Source: Euryarchaeota archaeon UBA256
Lineage (GTDB): Archaea; Thermoplasmatota; Poseidoniia; Poseidoniales; Poseidoniaceae
Assembly (NCBI GenBank): GCA_002494645.1
Contig: DACE01000041.1
Span: 4,389 to 68,388 of the forward strand
Length of the DNA stretch: 64,000 nucleotides
Direction of reading: 5' to 3'
Shown here in pieces: positions 9,875 to 20,200 of this stretch. The position numbers and the translations under genes are program-made. The notes below the pieces were generated by a model. It saw only the letters and a list, made by a program, of their open reading frames with translations, was not told where the DNA came from and did not search any database. Numbering within the stretch: the first letter of the stretch is position 1; each line of letters starts with the position of its first letter.

Positions 9875-11326
9875 ATGCGTCGCACTCGAATCGTTGCTAC
9901 CATCGGACCCGCATGTGACGCTCTACCTGTTCTGACCTCGTTGCTTGAATCGGGTGTTGATGTTTGCAGATTGAATTATTCGCACGGTGAGCCTGCTGAC
10001 AAAACAGAACTGTATCACCGAATTCGCTCCATTGAAGACCACCTCGGGCGACCGACGTGCATTATGGCTGATTTGCCAGGTCCAAAATTGCGTTTGGGAA
10101 CCTTCCCCGATGTCGATGTCCTCAATGATGGAGATGAAATCACCCTCGTCTGCGGCCTAAAGGAACTGGAAGCCACCAATGGAACTCATTTTCCCGTTCA
10201 ATATGGGGGATTATCGGCTGAATTAAAGGCCGGTGACCCGATTTTGTTGGCTGACGGCCTCATTCGCCTTACCGTTCTCGAAGCACCGGGGCAACCCAAT
10301 GCATCGGTGGTCTGCCGTGTTGAAGACGGAGGGCCAGTGAGCAGCAGAAAGGGCGTCAACGTACCGGGAACTCTGGTCGACCTTCCAGCCATTGGCGAGA
10401 AGGACAAACTCGCTATGGCACATGCGCTCGAGAACGGAGCAGATTACATCGCAGTGAGTTATGTTCGTCGTGCTGAAGACCTTCTTCCCGCCAAGCAAGC
10501 CGTCAAAGCGGCCAACATGCACGTTCCCATCGTTGCAAAAATTGAGCACCCTGCTGCCCTCGAGAATCTTGAGTCGATCATGAACATGGCAGATGCGGTC
10601 ATGGTAGCTCGGGGTGACTTGGGGGTTGAGATTCCACTCGAGAATGTCCCTGTTGTACAACAACAAATCATCGATATGGCACTGGAACGTGGGATGCCGG
10701 TGATTGTGGCAACGCAAATGCTGGATTCCATGACCTACCAACCGCGACCGACACGGGCCGAGGTCAGCGATGTATCAACGGCCATTCGCCACGGTGCTAC
10801 CGCAGTGATGCTTTCGGGTGAAACGGCATCTGGCAAATATCCTCTTGAAACGGCCCAAACCATGATTCGTATTGCTGAGGCAACCGAACAAGGCTTGGAT
10901 TCCTATCAACTTCGACCCAACGCCCTTGCTCGATTCAAATCAACTCGTGCCGTAGCGCATGCTGGTGTTGAGTTAGCGACACAAGCAGGGGCTGCTCGTA
11001 TCGTGGTCGCTACCGAACACGGCAATGCACCCCGCCTCGTTTCGGGTTACCACCCTACAATGCCGGTGACAGCAGTCAGCGACCGCCTGAGAGCCCTGCG
11101 CCGCACCTGTCTTCTTCCTGGCGTCGATGCCATTCTTTCAAAAGAACACGACCGAGGTTCTCGGACCATGATACAAGCAGTTGAACAATTGGTGATCCAG
11201 AAACGAATCAAGCCAGGTGAACGAGTCGTTGCCATCTCGGGTAGCCCGTTAGCCATGCGGGGTGCTACCAGCACGCTGCGTCTGTACAAAATAGGCGACG
11301 ACGGTGAAATATTGGATGCGGAATGA
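9875..11326 (+). CDS. pyk: pyruvate kinase
   Basis: MRRTRIVATIGPA..., MVARGDLGVEIP and SGETASGKYP motifs. ATG at 9875 follows GGAG. Confidence 0.92.
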   Translation: MRRTRIVATIGPACDALPVLTSLLESGVDVCRLNYSHGEPADKTELYHRIRSIEDHLGRPTCIMADLPGPKLRLGTFPDVDVLNDGDEITLVCGLKELEATNGTHFPVQYGGLSAELKAGDPILLADGLIRLTVLEAPGQPNASVVCRVEDGGPVSSRKGVNVPGTLVDLPAIGEKDKLAMAHALENGADYIAVSYVRRAEDLLPAKQAVKAANMHVPIVAKIEHPAALENLESIMNMADAVMVARGDLGVEIPLENVPVVQQQIIDMALERGMPVIVATQMLDSMTYQPRPTRAEVSDVSTAIRHGATAVMLSGETASGKYPLETAQTMIRIAEATEQGLDSYQLRPNALARFKSTRAVAHAGVELATQAGAARIVVATEHGNAPRLVSGYHPTMPVTAVSDRLRALRRTCLLPGVDAILSKEHDRGSRTMIQAVEQLVIQKRIKPGERVVAISGSPLAMRGATSTLRLYKIGDDGEILDAE

Positions 11327-11377
11327 AGCCTTGAGGGCTGAAATGCCACACATAGGCGAAGTGGTCTCGCGTCGCGG

Positions 11378-11387
11378 TTTTCATATA
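11378..11387 (+). promoter_or_regulatory. TATA-box-like element TTTCATATAG upstream of tuf
   Basis: Same 10-mer as at 3260, about 45 nt upstream of ATG 11427. AAGGAG SD at about 11413. Confidence 0.5.
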
Positions 11388-11426
11388 GGGGTTGCTTTTC
11401 GGAAGGCTTGCTAAGGAGCGATTACC

Positions 11427-12716
11427 ATGCCATCACAATGGGAAGACAGAAAAAAGCCACACCGCAATATCGTGTTTATCGGTCACGTCGACCACGGAAA
11501 GTCCACAACCGTTGGACGTCTCCTCCTCGACTCCGGTCACATCGAAGAGCACGTTATTGAAAAGAACGAAAAACTTGCAGCAGAATCCGGTAAGGCTGGA
11601 TTCGGTCTTGCGTACGTCATGGACGGACTCAAGGAAGAGCGCGAACGTGGTATCACCATCGACGTTGCTCACAAAGAGTTCTTCACACCAACCTACTACT
11701 GGACCATCATCGATGCGCCTGGTCACCGAGACTTCGTCAAGAACATGATTACCGGTGCTTCCCAAGCTGATACCGCAGTGTTGCTCTGTGCAGCAAACGA
11801 CGGTGTCAACGCCCAAACCAAGGAGCACGCGTTCCTTGCTAAGGTGCTTGGTGTCAAGGGCCTTATTGTCCACGTCAACAAGATGGACATCTCTGGTGTC
11901 GATTGGACCGAAGAGAAGTACAACGCAGCCTGCAAGGAAGTGTCTCAACTTCTCCGCATGGCTGGTTTCAAGCCTGATGACGTCCCAATGATCCCCGCTT
12001 CCTCGTTGAACGGTGACAACGTCTTCAACAAGTCCGACAAGTGCCCATGGTACAACGGACCAACCCTCTTCGAAGCCATTGACGCTACCCCAATGCCAGA
12101 CAAGCCATCTTCCAAGCCTCTTCGCTTGCCAATTCAAGATGTCTACAAGATCTCTGGTATCGGAACAGTGCCTGTCGGTAAGATTGAAACTGGTACACTC
12201 AACGTTGGAAAGAACGTTGTCTTCAACCCCTCAATGAAGAGCGGTGAAGTCAAGTCCATTGAGATGCACCACACCATGGTCGACAAGGCCGAGCCAGGCG
12301 ACAACGTTGGATTCAACGTTCGTGGACTTGCTGCTGACGAAATCCGCCGTGGAGACGTTGCTGGTTACACCGACAGTGAACCAACCTTTGTACGTCACGA
12401 CGAAACCTTCGTTGGTCAAATCCAACTAATGGACATTCCAAAGGCTGTTTCCGTTGGTTACACTCCTGTGTTCCACGCTCACACCGCACAAGTTGCTGTG
12501 AAGTTCATGGACCTCTTGGAAAAGACCAACAAGTCTGGTAAGGAAGCCAACCCTTCCTTCCTCAAGACCGGTGACGCTTGCTTGATTCGCTTCCAGCCTA
12601 CCAAGCCAATGTCCATTGAACAACTTGACACCTTCCCGGAGCTTGCTCGCTTCGCTATCCGTGACATGGGTAAGACCGTGGCTGCTGGCGTTTGCATCAA
12701 GATCGAGAAGAAGTGA
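11427..12716 (+). CDS. tuf: translation elongation factor EF-1 alpha
   Basis: GHVDHGKST, DAPGHRDF and NKMD G-domain motifs. 429 aa. Confidence 0.97.
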   Translation: MPSQWEDRKKPHRNIVFIGHVDHGKSTTVGRLLLDSGHIEEHVIEKNEKLAAESGKAGFGLAYVMDGLKEERERGITIDVAHKEFFTPTYYWTIIDAPGHRDFVKNMITGASQADTAVLLCAANDGVNAQTKEHAFLAKVLGVKGLIVHVNKMDISGVDWTEEKYNAACKEVSQLLRMAGFKPDDVPMIPASSLNGDNVFNKSDKCPWYNGPTLFEAIDATPMPDKPSSKPLRLPIQDVYKISGIGTVPVGKIETGTLNVGKNVVFNPSMKSGEVKSIEMHHTMVDKAEPGDNVGFNVRGLAADEIRRGDVAGYTDSEPTFVRHDETFVGQIQLMDIPKAVSVGYTPVFHAHTAQVAVKFMDLLEKTNKSGKEANPSFLKTGDACLIRFQPTKPMSIEQLDTFPELARFAIRDMGKTVAAGVCIKIEKK

Positions 12717-12763
12717 ACACAGTCGAATTCAATGTTGACTGAGTGAAGCAAGGAGGGATGAGT

Positions 12764-13093
12764 ATGGCTGCCGTTACTGTTATCAAATTGACTGGTCAAA
12801 ACCACAAGGATATTGATACCGTCGCTGGCCAAATCAAAACCATCTGTGATACAGGTGGCATCACCCTTCGTGGTCCAATCCCACTACCGACACGCCATCT
12901 GGTTGTCCCTGTTCGCAAGGCACCTGACGGCGAAGGAAGCGAGACCTACGACCACTGGGAACTTCGGATTCACAAGCGCCTTCTTGAAATGGATATCTCA
13001 ACCGGTAAAGATGAGAACGCTCTTCGTCTCGTGACCAAGATCCCTATTCCCGATACCGTGAGCATTGAAATCTCAATGCGCACCGTCAACTGA
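12764..13093 (+). CDS. rps10: 30S ribosomal protein S10
   Basis: Conserved tuf-rps10 order. IPLPTRHLVVPVRKAPDGEG...WELRIHKR motif. AGGAGGG SD 7 nt upstream of ATG 12764. Confidence 0.9.
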   Translation: MAAVTVIKLTGQNHKDIDTVAGQIKTICDTGGITLRGPIPLPTRHLVVPVRKAPDGEGSETYDHWELRIHKRLLEMDISTGKDENALRLVTKIPIPDTVSIEISMRTVN

Positions 13094-13111
13094 AGAACAA
13101 CGAATGGTGTC

Positions 13112-13130
13112 GAAGCGCCTTGGCGCTTTT
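13112..13130. terminator. GC hairpin plus T-run between convergent rps10 and the GINS-like gene
   Basis: AAGCGCC-TT-GGCGCTT perfect 7-bp stem followed by TT(TT). Lies between the two stop codons. Confidence 0.5.
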
Positions 13131-13133
13131 CAC

Positions 13134-14171
13134 TCATAGTTCAGCGCGCTCAGCAACACCGACGTCAACCAACCAAGCGGCGGTCTCCTCTTCGAGGAAG
13201 TGAATGTCTCCGGCTTCAAGAGTAAGTTCTTCTCCTTGGTCGTCAATGATGGGTTCGTCAAGCGTTTCCAAGATTCTCACACGAACGTTCTCTTTTTCTC
13301 CCTCAGTACTGACTTCACCCGATGTTTCATCCTTTGATTTGTCAGGCGTCTGCTCATCCTCAAGGGGTAGAGGTGGCTCATCACTGATCTGCTCAATGGG
13401 GTTGCTTGAGGGGGCCAATTCCATTGCTGCACCGTGTTTTGAACTTGCAGAAGACGTCTCCTCCGTAGATGGTGGAGTCTCATGTTGTTGTTGAATATCA
13501 GCCATCAAGTAGGCCTCTTCATCAGCCCAATCAGGTTCGGCAAGCAGACGTTCTTCTTCATCACCTTGCGTATCCGGAAGTTGTGGCAATTCATCCTCAA
13601 ACGCCAAATCAGGTGGCGGGCGTGCCGATAAGCGCTCACCTTCGCCCATGTAATCGTCAAGTTGCATGGTACCTGGTGCGTAAGCGGATGGGGAACCGCG
13701 AAGTTCGCTAAGAATCCCTTGTTGCATGCCTTGCCAGTCGATTTCTTTCTTGAAACGGTCCACGTTCAGCTGGAGTGCATGATAGAAGGCCTTCTCTGCG
13801 GGGTCGTGTCGTTGCCATTCAAGAGAGGGTAATTCCTGAACCAAACCTGGTTGCCCCCCGCTTCGTAACGATTGAGATGCAGCATGTTGCATCATGGCCA
13901 CCATTCGCTTTCGAGCCAGTTCTGATGCGATGCGTCGAATGTTTGTCTGCCGCTTTTGCAAATTTTGTAAGCGCATGTCGATAGAACCTTTTCGAACCAT
14001 TTCCTGAATTTCCAAGTCAAGTTTTGATAGCAAGGCACGTACCATTTCCCAAAAGTCTTGGCGAGGCAAAGGAATCGGGACATGGCGGGGCAGTTGCTGG
14101 CGATGGGTCGTGAACAATTGCTCTTCAATCTCTTGCGCTTGAGCGCTGTCGAGATTCCGAACAGATGTCAT
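13134..14171 (-). CDS. GINS (Gins51-like) replication factor with long acidic linker
   Basis: N-terminal helical region (LPRQDFWEMV...IRRIASELARKRMVAMM...EKAFYHALQLNVDRF) resembles the GINS A-domain. C-terminal NVRVRILETLDEPIIDDQGEELTLEAGDIHFLEEETAAWLVDVGVAE resembles the B-domain. Recognised by eye only. Confidence 0.45.
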   Translation of the reverse strand: MTSVRNLDSAQAQEIEEQLFTTHRQQLPRHVPIPLPRQDFWEMVRALLSKLDLEIQEMVRKGSIDMRLQNLQKRQTNIRRIASELARKRMVAMMQHAASQSLRSGGQPGLVQELPSLEWQRHDPAEKAFYHALQLNVDRFKKEIDWQGMQQGILSELRGSPSAYAPGTMQLDDYMGEGERLSARPPPDLAFEDELPQLPDTQGDEEERLLAEPDWADEEAYLMADIQQQHETPPSTEETSSASSKHGAAMELAPSSNPIEQISDEPPLPLEDEQTPDKSKDETSGEVSTEGEKENVRVRILETLDEPIIDDQGEELTLEAGDIHFLEEETAAWLVDVGVAERAEL

Positions 14172-14181
14172 TAACAGGTCG

Positions 14182-14206
14182 TGGAGGTGACGGGATTTGA
14201 ACCCTC
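14182..14206 (-). other. orphan tRNA T-arm plus acceptor-3'-like 25-mer (possible tRNA remnant)
   Basis: Minus strand reads GAGGGTTCAAATCCCGTCACCTCCA. It contains the GGTTCAAATCC T-loop consensus. No valid D-arm or cloverleaf could be built around it. Confidence 0.3.
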
Positions 14207-14254
14207 TTCCTCGCCCTCAAGCCGGACTCCTTCTCTGATGCAGTAGAGACATCC

Positions 14255-14264
14255 CTTCATATCC
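14255..14264 (+). promoter_or_regulatory. TATA-box-like CTTCATATCC upstream of the giant surface-protein gene
   Basis: About 40 nt upstream of ATG 14300. Related to the TTCATATAG motif seen at other promoters in the window. Confidence 0.4.
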
Positions 14265-14299
14265 AACGACTGCACCTCGCAGAGCGAGGTGTAGGAAGC

Positions 14300-17200
14300 A
14301 TGACGCGGAATGACTCCATGATTTCGCTCCATACAGGAGCACTTCGTGCGCTATTCATGTGCCTCATGATGGTCATGGTCCCAGCAACTCCATTTCTCTC
14401 AAACGAGCATCAACCTCTTCCATCCCAAGCCACAACTCGCATTTTTGCTCCAACTGTCAATCAAACGGGCGTGAATATCACCGACTCGGGAATGCTTTCA
14501 ATCCCCTACAATCGTTCGTTTACCGAAGGTGGCCTCGATATATCTCCGCGCTGGTCAACAAGTCCCGACGCCTCAACACACTTCGGCATGGATTCAAATT
14601 CTGGGTGGAACGGGCAGCATAACGGTACGCAAGGAATCGGTCATGGCGGTCAATTGAGCCTCGCTACGCCCTCTTCTCTAATCACACGAACCGATTTTGA
14701 AACCTTGGTCCAGACGCCAGTCGGCTGGCGAGGGGTAGGTTTGAATCACTCTGTTTGGAACATCGAGCACCCCAACGGGAGCACGGCGGCGAACGGTACG
14801 CCAAGTCAGGCTACAGATGGCCAACAGGTATTGGCAACTCAGGGGCTTGGAGGCCTTGGTCAGAACATGAGTGGGTGTCTTCTTTCTCCAGTTTGGGACC
14901 TACCGGACTTTATCGGTCAGTTCAATCTCACTTTTGACCAGTGGCTTGCCCTTGAAGACAGTGATGCCGCCTGGGTCGAGATGCGGATTCTTGGTGGCCA
15001 ATGGACAACGATCCTTCCCGACTCGGGCTACGCCAATACTACGGGGGCCGTCGGTGCTCCTTTACAAACGTGGGCTGGAGCGACAGCTGGATGGACCTCA
15101 GTACAATTTTCACTCGACGATCAGATTCAATCCTCAGGTTCAGCCTTTGAACTCAGATTTTGTTTCCAAACCTCTTCGACTTCAGGTCACCGTCATGGAT
15201 GGTATATTGACAATCTGAGCGTGACCAATCAAGGTGACCTTCCCGGCGCCTGGTTCCACGGAAACATGAACGGAGATTATGCAGACAATGCTCAAGGTAT
15301 TCTGTATCTGAATGCCAACCTATCAGGTTATTCCGGCACCCTTGACGTTGAAATTTGGGCCGATTGGGACCTTGAAGGAGGCTACGCAGATAACCTTCTC
15401 ACTTCCGTGAGCGTAGACAACGGAAGTACATGGCAACTCATCTCTGGTATTCCCGGCCTGCCTGGAAACGGGTTTAACTGGCAGGGAACCTACTACGGAG
15501 ATGAATCCTCGGGCTGGGTTCCCGCCCTCTATTCTCTTCCGTCAAGCATCTCAACGCATCAAAATGCATCAACTGCTTTGTTTCGTTTCTTCCTTCAAAC
15601 CAATCAGCAAACGGGTTACGGAGGATTTGCCTCATCAGGGTGGGAAGGCATCGCCATCGATGATATCATCCTCCACCACCGTCACGGAACGGCTCAAGCC
15701 GAACAGGTCACCCTCGCTAATTTCTCGCAACCATCCGATGGCACCTGGGGTCATGAGAGCGGATGGAAGGGGCCCAACTCCACCTATGCCAACGAGTGGA
15801 GTTGGACGACTGACTTTGGCCGTAACGGCCCTACAAGCACGTCAGAATCCTTTGAACGATCACTGACAACACCAGCAGGATGGTCCATTGAAGGCACAGT
15901 TGGGGGATGGGAGATCGGTCAAACTCGAAACACATCGGGATATGGACCAGGCGTTTTCCATTCTGGCGACTACGGAGCGGCCATCAACCTCACGACACGT
16001 TATACCAACAACATCTACACCCATCTCACCTCGCCCGAGTACACCATTCCCCTCAACGCAACCTCTCGCCTCTCTTTCCGTTCATGGATTTGTGCAGAAG
16101 CGAATTGGGACGGGGGAGCGGTGTCAATGTCCACCGATAGCGGAGAGAACTGGTGGCTTTTACCTGCGGAAACCCAACAATTTCACGACCAAATCTCAAC
16201 AGCCAATGCGAATTCACCCTTTTTCAATCAGGGCATCATCGATGGCTCCAATGTTCCAGGCGGCTGTGGGGCACAAAACGCCCGTCTCTACGCGTTAAAA
16301 ACCTATGATGTCTCAAATCTCTCGGGTATGACGGTTCGAGCGCGCTTTTCCTTCTTCTCCGACACCTATGTAGAGGCCGATGGTTGGTACATTGATGATG
16401 CTGGCATCGAAATCGATGTCTTTGAACCAGAGGGACAATGGGTTTCATCAGCCGTGACACCCGACCCGATGTATGGATATGGTTGGGTAGACGGTTGGTA
16501 CGAACAACCCGACGGAACTTCTCTGGCATTGGATGTATTGGACGCCAATCTTACGCCCATCACCGGGCACCAGAACCTCTCCCTCCCCGCTCATCTGGCC
16601 ATCGACCCCAAGGAATACTCAAGCCTTCACCTACGCGTACGCATGGCCACGAACGACACCTACGTCACCCCACTCATTCACAGTTTGAGCGTGGGGCGAA
16701 CCTACTACCTTGATGCTGAACATCTTCGTCAAAACAGCGATGTCCTCAACGTTTCAACCGTCGATAAGAAAGGACATCTTGTCGTTTCTGGTCCGTTTGA
16801 TGTTGAATTATCACCGATGAATTATTGCCCTCACGATGGTTTTCGAATCGTGAGTTACGGTGATAACCTCACGTGGACGACCACAAATGCACAACTCTTC
16901 ACGTCCTACCATCAAGTCCAGCCTTTCATGACCTTGCTGAATTATTCCTTGCTTGCCAAGCCTGACCTCTCCCGTCCTCTTTCCATTCAAGCACAAGGAG
17001 GAGAGGTCTTCGAGCGAGGGAAGGTGAGTCTTGATTGTTTCAAGCCGAGTACCTCTCCTGAAGTTCGTCTAGGGTGGAGCAATATTTCCGTATTCAACTG
17101 GCCCATAGGGGGGATGAGTCCGACCTTTGGTTTGAATCAATACTGGACGGATGTCAATGACAACGGAACCCTTTCTTTGTGGGAGGCGAATGCGCCAGCA

Positions 17201-20200
17201 TCGCTTTACACCCTGGTGAACCAAACGATTCATTTCAACTACACCACGCTTAGCAAGGGACCACCATCTACTCAAGCAAAAGGTCCGACTTTTGCTCTTC
17301 TCGTATCAAATGCGAGTTCATCCGCTGAACTTTCGATTAACGGAGTTGTATATGCGGTTGAAGACGGCTCACGAGTCATTCATCATCAAAGCGCTCAAGT
17401 CTGCCCGCAAGCCCACGCCCGTTCTACCTATTCATCCAACATGACTCTGTATGCCTGTACCATTGAATTGGAATTGTTGGGCTCCGGTGATGTCAAAGTC
17501 ATGAACCTTCAACATCTTCCACCAAATCCATTGATTGAGGTCGGGTTGAGCCCAAGTATTCTCAACCAAGCGAAAGCGGCCTCTTCAGGTCAAGACGTAA
17601 GGGCGACTCTTGATATTCCTCTTCACGTAGTTACGGCAACTGGAGGTCTGAAAGTTGATCTTTGGGCACAATCCGCCCCGTTGATGACCGAGACCATCGA
17701 CATGCCCCTTCACACCCGTTGGTTACCCGAAGAAACCGTCACCTTCGTCTCCCACCATCAACGAGCCAACCCGCTTGATTCAACAGAGGATGCGCCTGAT
17801 ATATCCAGCAGTGAATTGTGGTTGTCACGAACGGTGAGCACCGAAGCAGCCATGATTCAACTCAAAGTTGACCGGTTGGATACGACGCCTCGATTTATTC
17901 AACTGAAGGGCTCAGGTTTAGCCGCCCTCAACGCCAATGCATCCTCAGTATCCTGCACACACAATACCTGTACGATCACGTGGTCACTCACAAGCACGTG
18001 GTTGCTGGATGACGTTGACGACCTCCATGTTCTCGCTCAAGCCACCGATGGAGAAGGTCTGGTAGCGGGGCCGACCTATGTTGTATCAAAAACAGCCTTC
18101 AATGAGGTAGAGAACGATATGGAGGTCATCGATTTCAAAGTCACTGACGAACAGAACCGCCGCCTTGATGATTGGGCGAATCCACTTTGGCCCTACCATC
18201 TGTCTTCGGATGAAGCGATGACTGCGGAAGGACGCGTTCGCATTGAAGGCATTCCCGGTCAATGGGTTGAGGCAGGTCAAGCCGAAGTCACCGTGGCCAT
18301 GCGTGCTGTGCCCCCAAAGAATCTCTCTGGAGGTCAAGATGAATGGCCGGGCGAAGCGGTTAATTGGTCTCAATATTGGACGGTTGAAGTGGATGCAGAC
18401 GGCCGTTTTGCCGTAGAAATCAACACTCCCCCCGCCGACGGAATCATGGTCAGTGACACATGGTTGGAACTTCGGCCCAGTATTTCGCGGCGGGCAGAAT
18501 TAGGAGTGAACGCGTCGACAAGCGAGGACCGAACGGTCGTCCTCTCTCCGGTTCGTATTCTGTACGACACCATTCAGCCCACGGCAGGTTCCCTGCGAAT
18601 TCTTGATTCCGGTCGCGAAGTTCCCGCCGACAACCACATTTGGATGGTCGGGCAAGATATTCCTCTGCGACTTCAACTCAGTGACCCAGAAGGGCTTGCT
18701 CACCCCTTGGAAGTTTGGACGTGGTTGGAAGAACGAGATGACGCAAACCAAGACGGGCAGATGGATGAAGAAGAATACAGAATGGAGACGGTGAGCGTGA
18801 ACCTTGGCGTCACACAGGCTGAAATTGACCTTCCTCTTCTTTCTTGGACGAGCGTAACGCCCTCAGCATCGGAAGAAGGCCGAGCCAGTGTCGTGGTGCG
18901 AGGCCAAGATTTGGCAGGCAATTCTCTGCAAGGCGGTGGTGAGTTCGGAGAAGAAGCGGATTTAGCCACCATCTTTGTCCAACCGAGGTACGACACCATC
19001 GTCGATAGTGAGGACCTTCACCTCGACCTTGTCGATGGGTCACTGCTGGCAGGGAAGAACCACAGTTTTTCGATGACCATCTCAGATGCCAACGGTCTTG
19101 ATTCTCTTGATGAAATCCGCCTTGCTCTCCTCGGACGTTCAAACGAATCCTCTTGTTTCGTTCATTACGAGCCTCGGTTTTCAACCACAACCTACGACGG
19201 GACCTGCTTCATAGAAGCACCTGAGGTTCAAATCTCCAAACGAGATTTCGCCACAATTTACGACATTACCATTGTGTTCCGACTGGATTGGAACGCAAGC
19301 TGGGGCTTTGCAGCCAACGGCGGCATTCCTTCGCTCAAAGTAATCGATGAAGGACAAGACCTCGGCCTGGGGCTCTTCCAACTTTCATCCTTCGAATGGA
19401 AGGCGACGACCGACCTCGAGATGCGCTGGATTGACGTCAGCGATACGATGGCCCCCTTCGGACAGTCAAACGGTACTGCCTACTGGTTCCACCGTAACGA
19501 CATCGTTCGCCACTCAGTGGGTCTTTACCACAACAACACACAGTACCTTGTTCAAGATTTACCCCCGAATGCCTCACTTCAGTGGTCCTTGAATGACGGA
19601 GAACGGCAAAGCACCGGAGAAGTCGCTCTTTCATCAACGGGGATCATCGAGTTTGATATCATGATGAACGAGAATGTGATGTACTACGACTACGGTGCTT
19701 TGGAAGTCAAACTTGCGGGCAATGAATCCTATCGCGTCAATCCCATTGCCTATCAGATTGTTCTCGATGACATAGCTCCCCGCCTAGCCATCTCTCCAGA
19801 AGGCACAACCTACGGTAATAACATCCTTTCAGGGGGAGTCATGCCCGCATCCAATGGTCTGGATGAGGTCGAGGTGACGGTGATTATCAAGGACGATACT
19901 CATCTACCGCCAGGCCCTATTACGATGCATTTTGTGTTCTACCGTATGGGTCAACCTGTGGATGGAACCGAAGGGACAAGGTCACTTGAATTCGCTGAAC
20001 AGTTAAGCACCTATACGGTGTATTCCAGCAAGGTTGACTTTGGAGTGGAGCAACATCAACTCACGAGAAGTGATGTCCTCGTGGTCTGGTTTGAAATCAT
20101 TGACCGTTCGGGACGTGAGTTAAGCGGTATAGGAACACAAGAGAACGCATTCACTCTTCCTCTGGTTTGGGTCGCATTTGAACCGACCTTTTCCGACCTT

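Noticed and set aside
11433-12137. 234-aa ORF antisense to EF-1alpha
   Set aside because: It is a shadow ORF of a highly conserved gene, with no motifs.
14182-14278. Complete 97-98-nt tRNA with a CUA (amber-reading) anticodon loop on the minus strand
   Set aside because: The T-arm has an A-G mismatch and the acceptor pairs only 6 of 7. No D-stem can be formed, and the would-be variable region is about 30 nt with no stem. Position 37 would be a pyrimidine. It is better treated as a remnant or chance arrangement. See the finding on the 25-mer.
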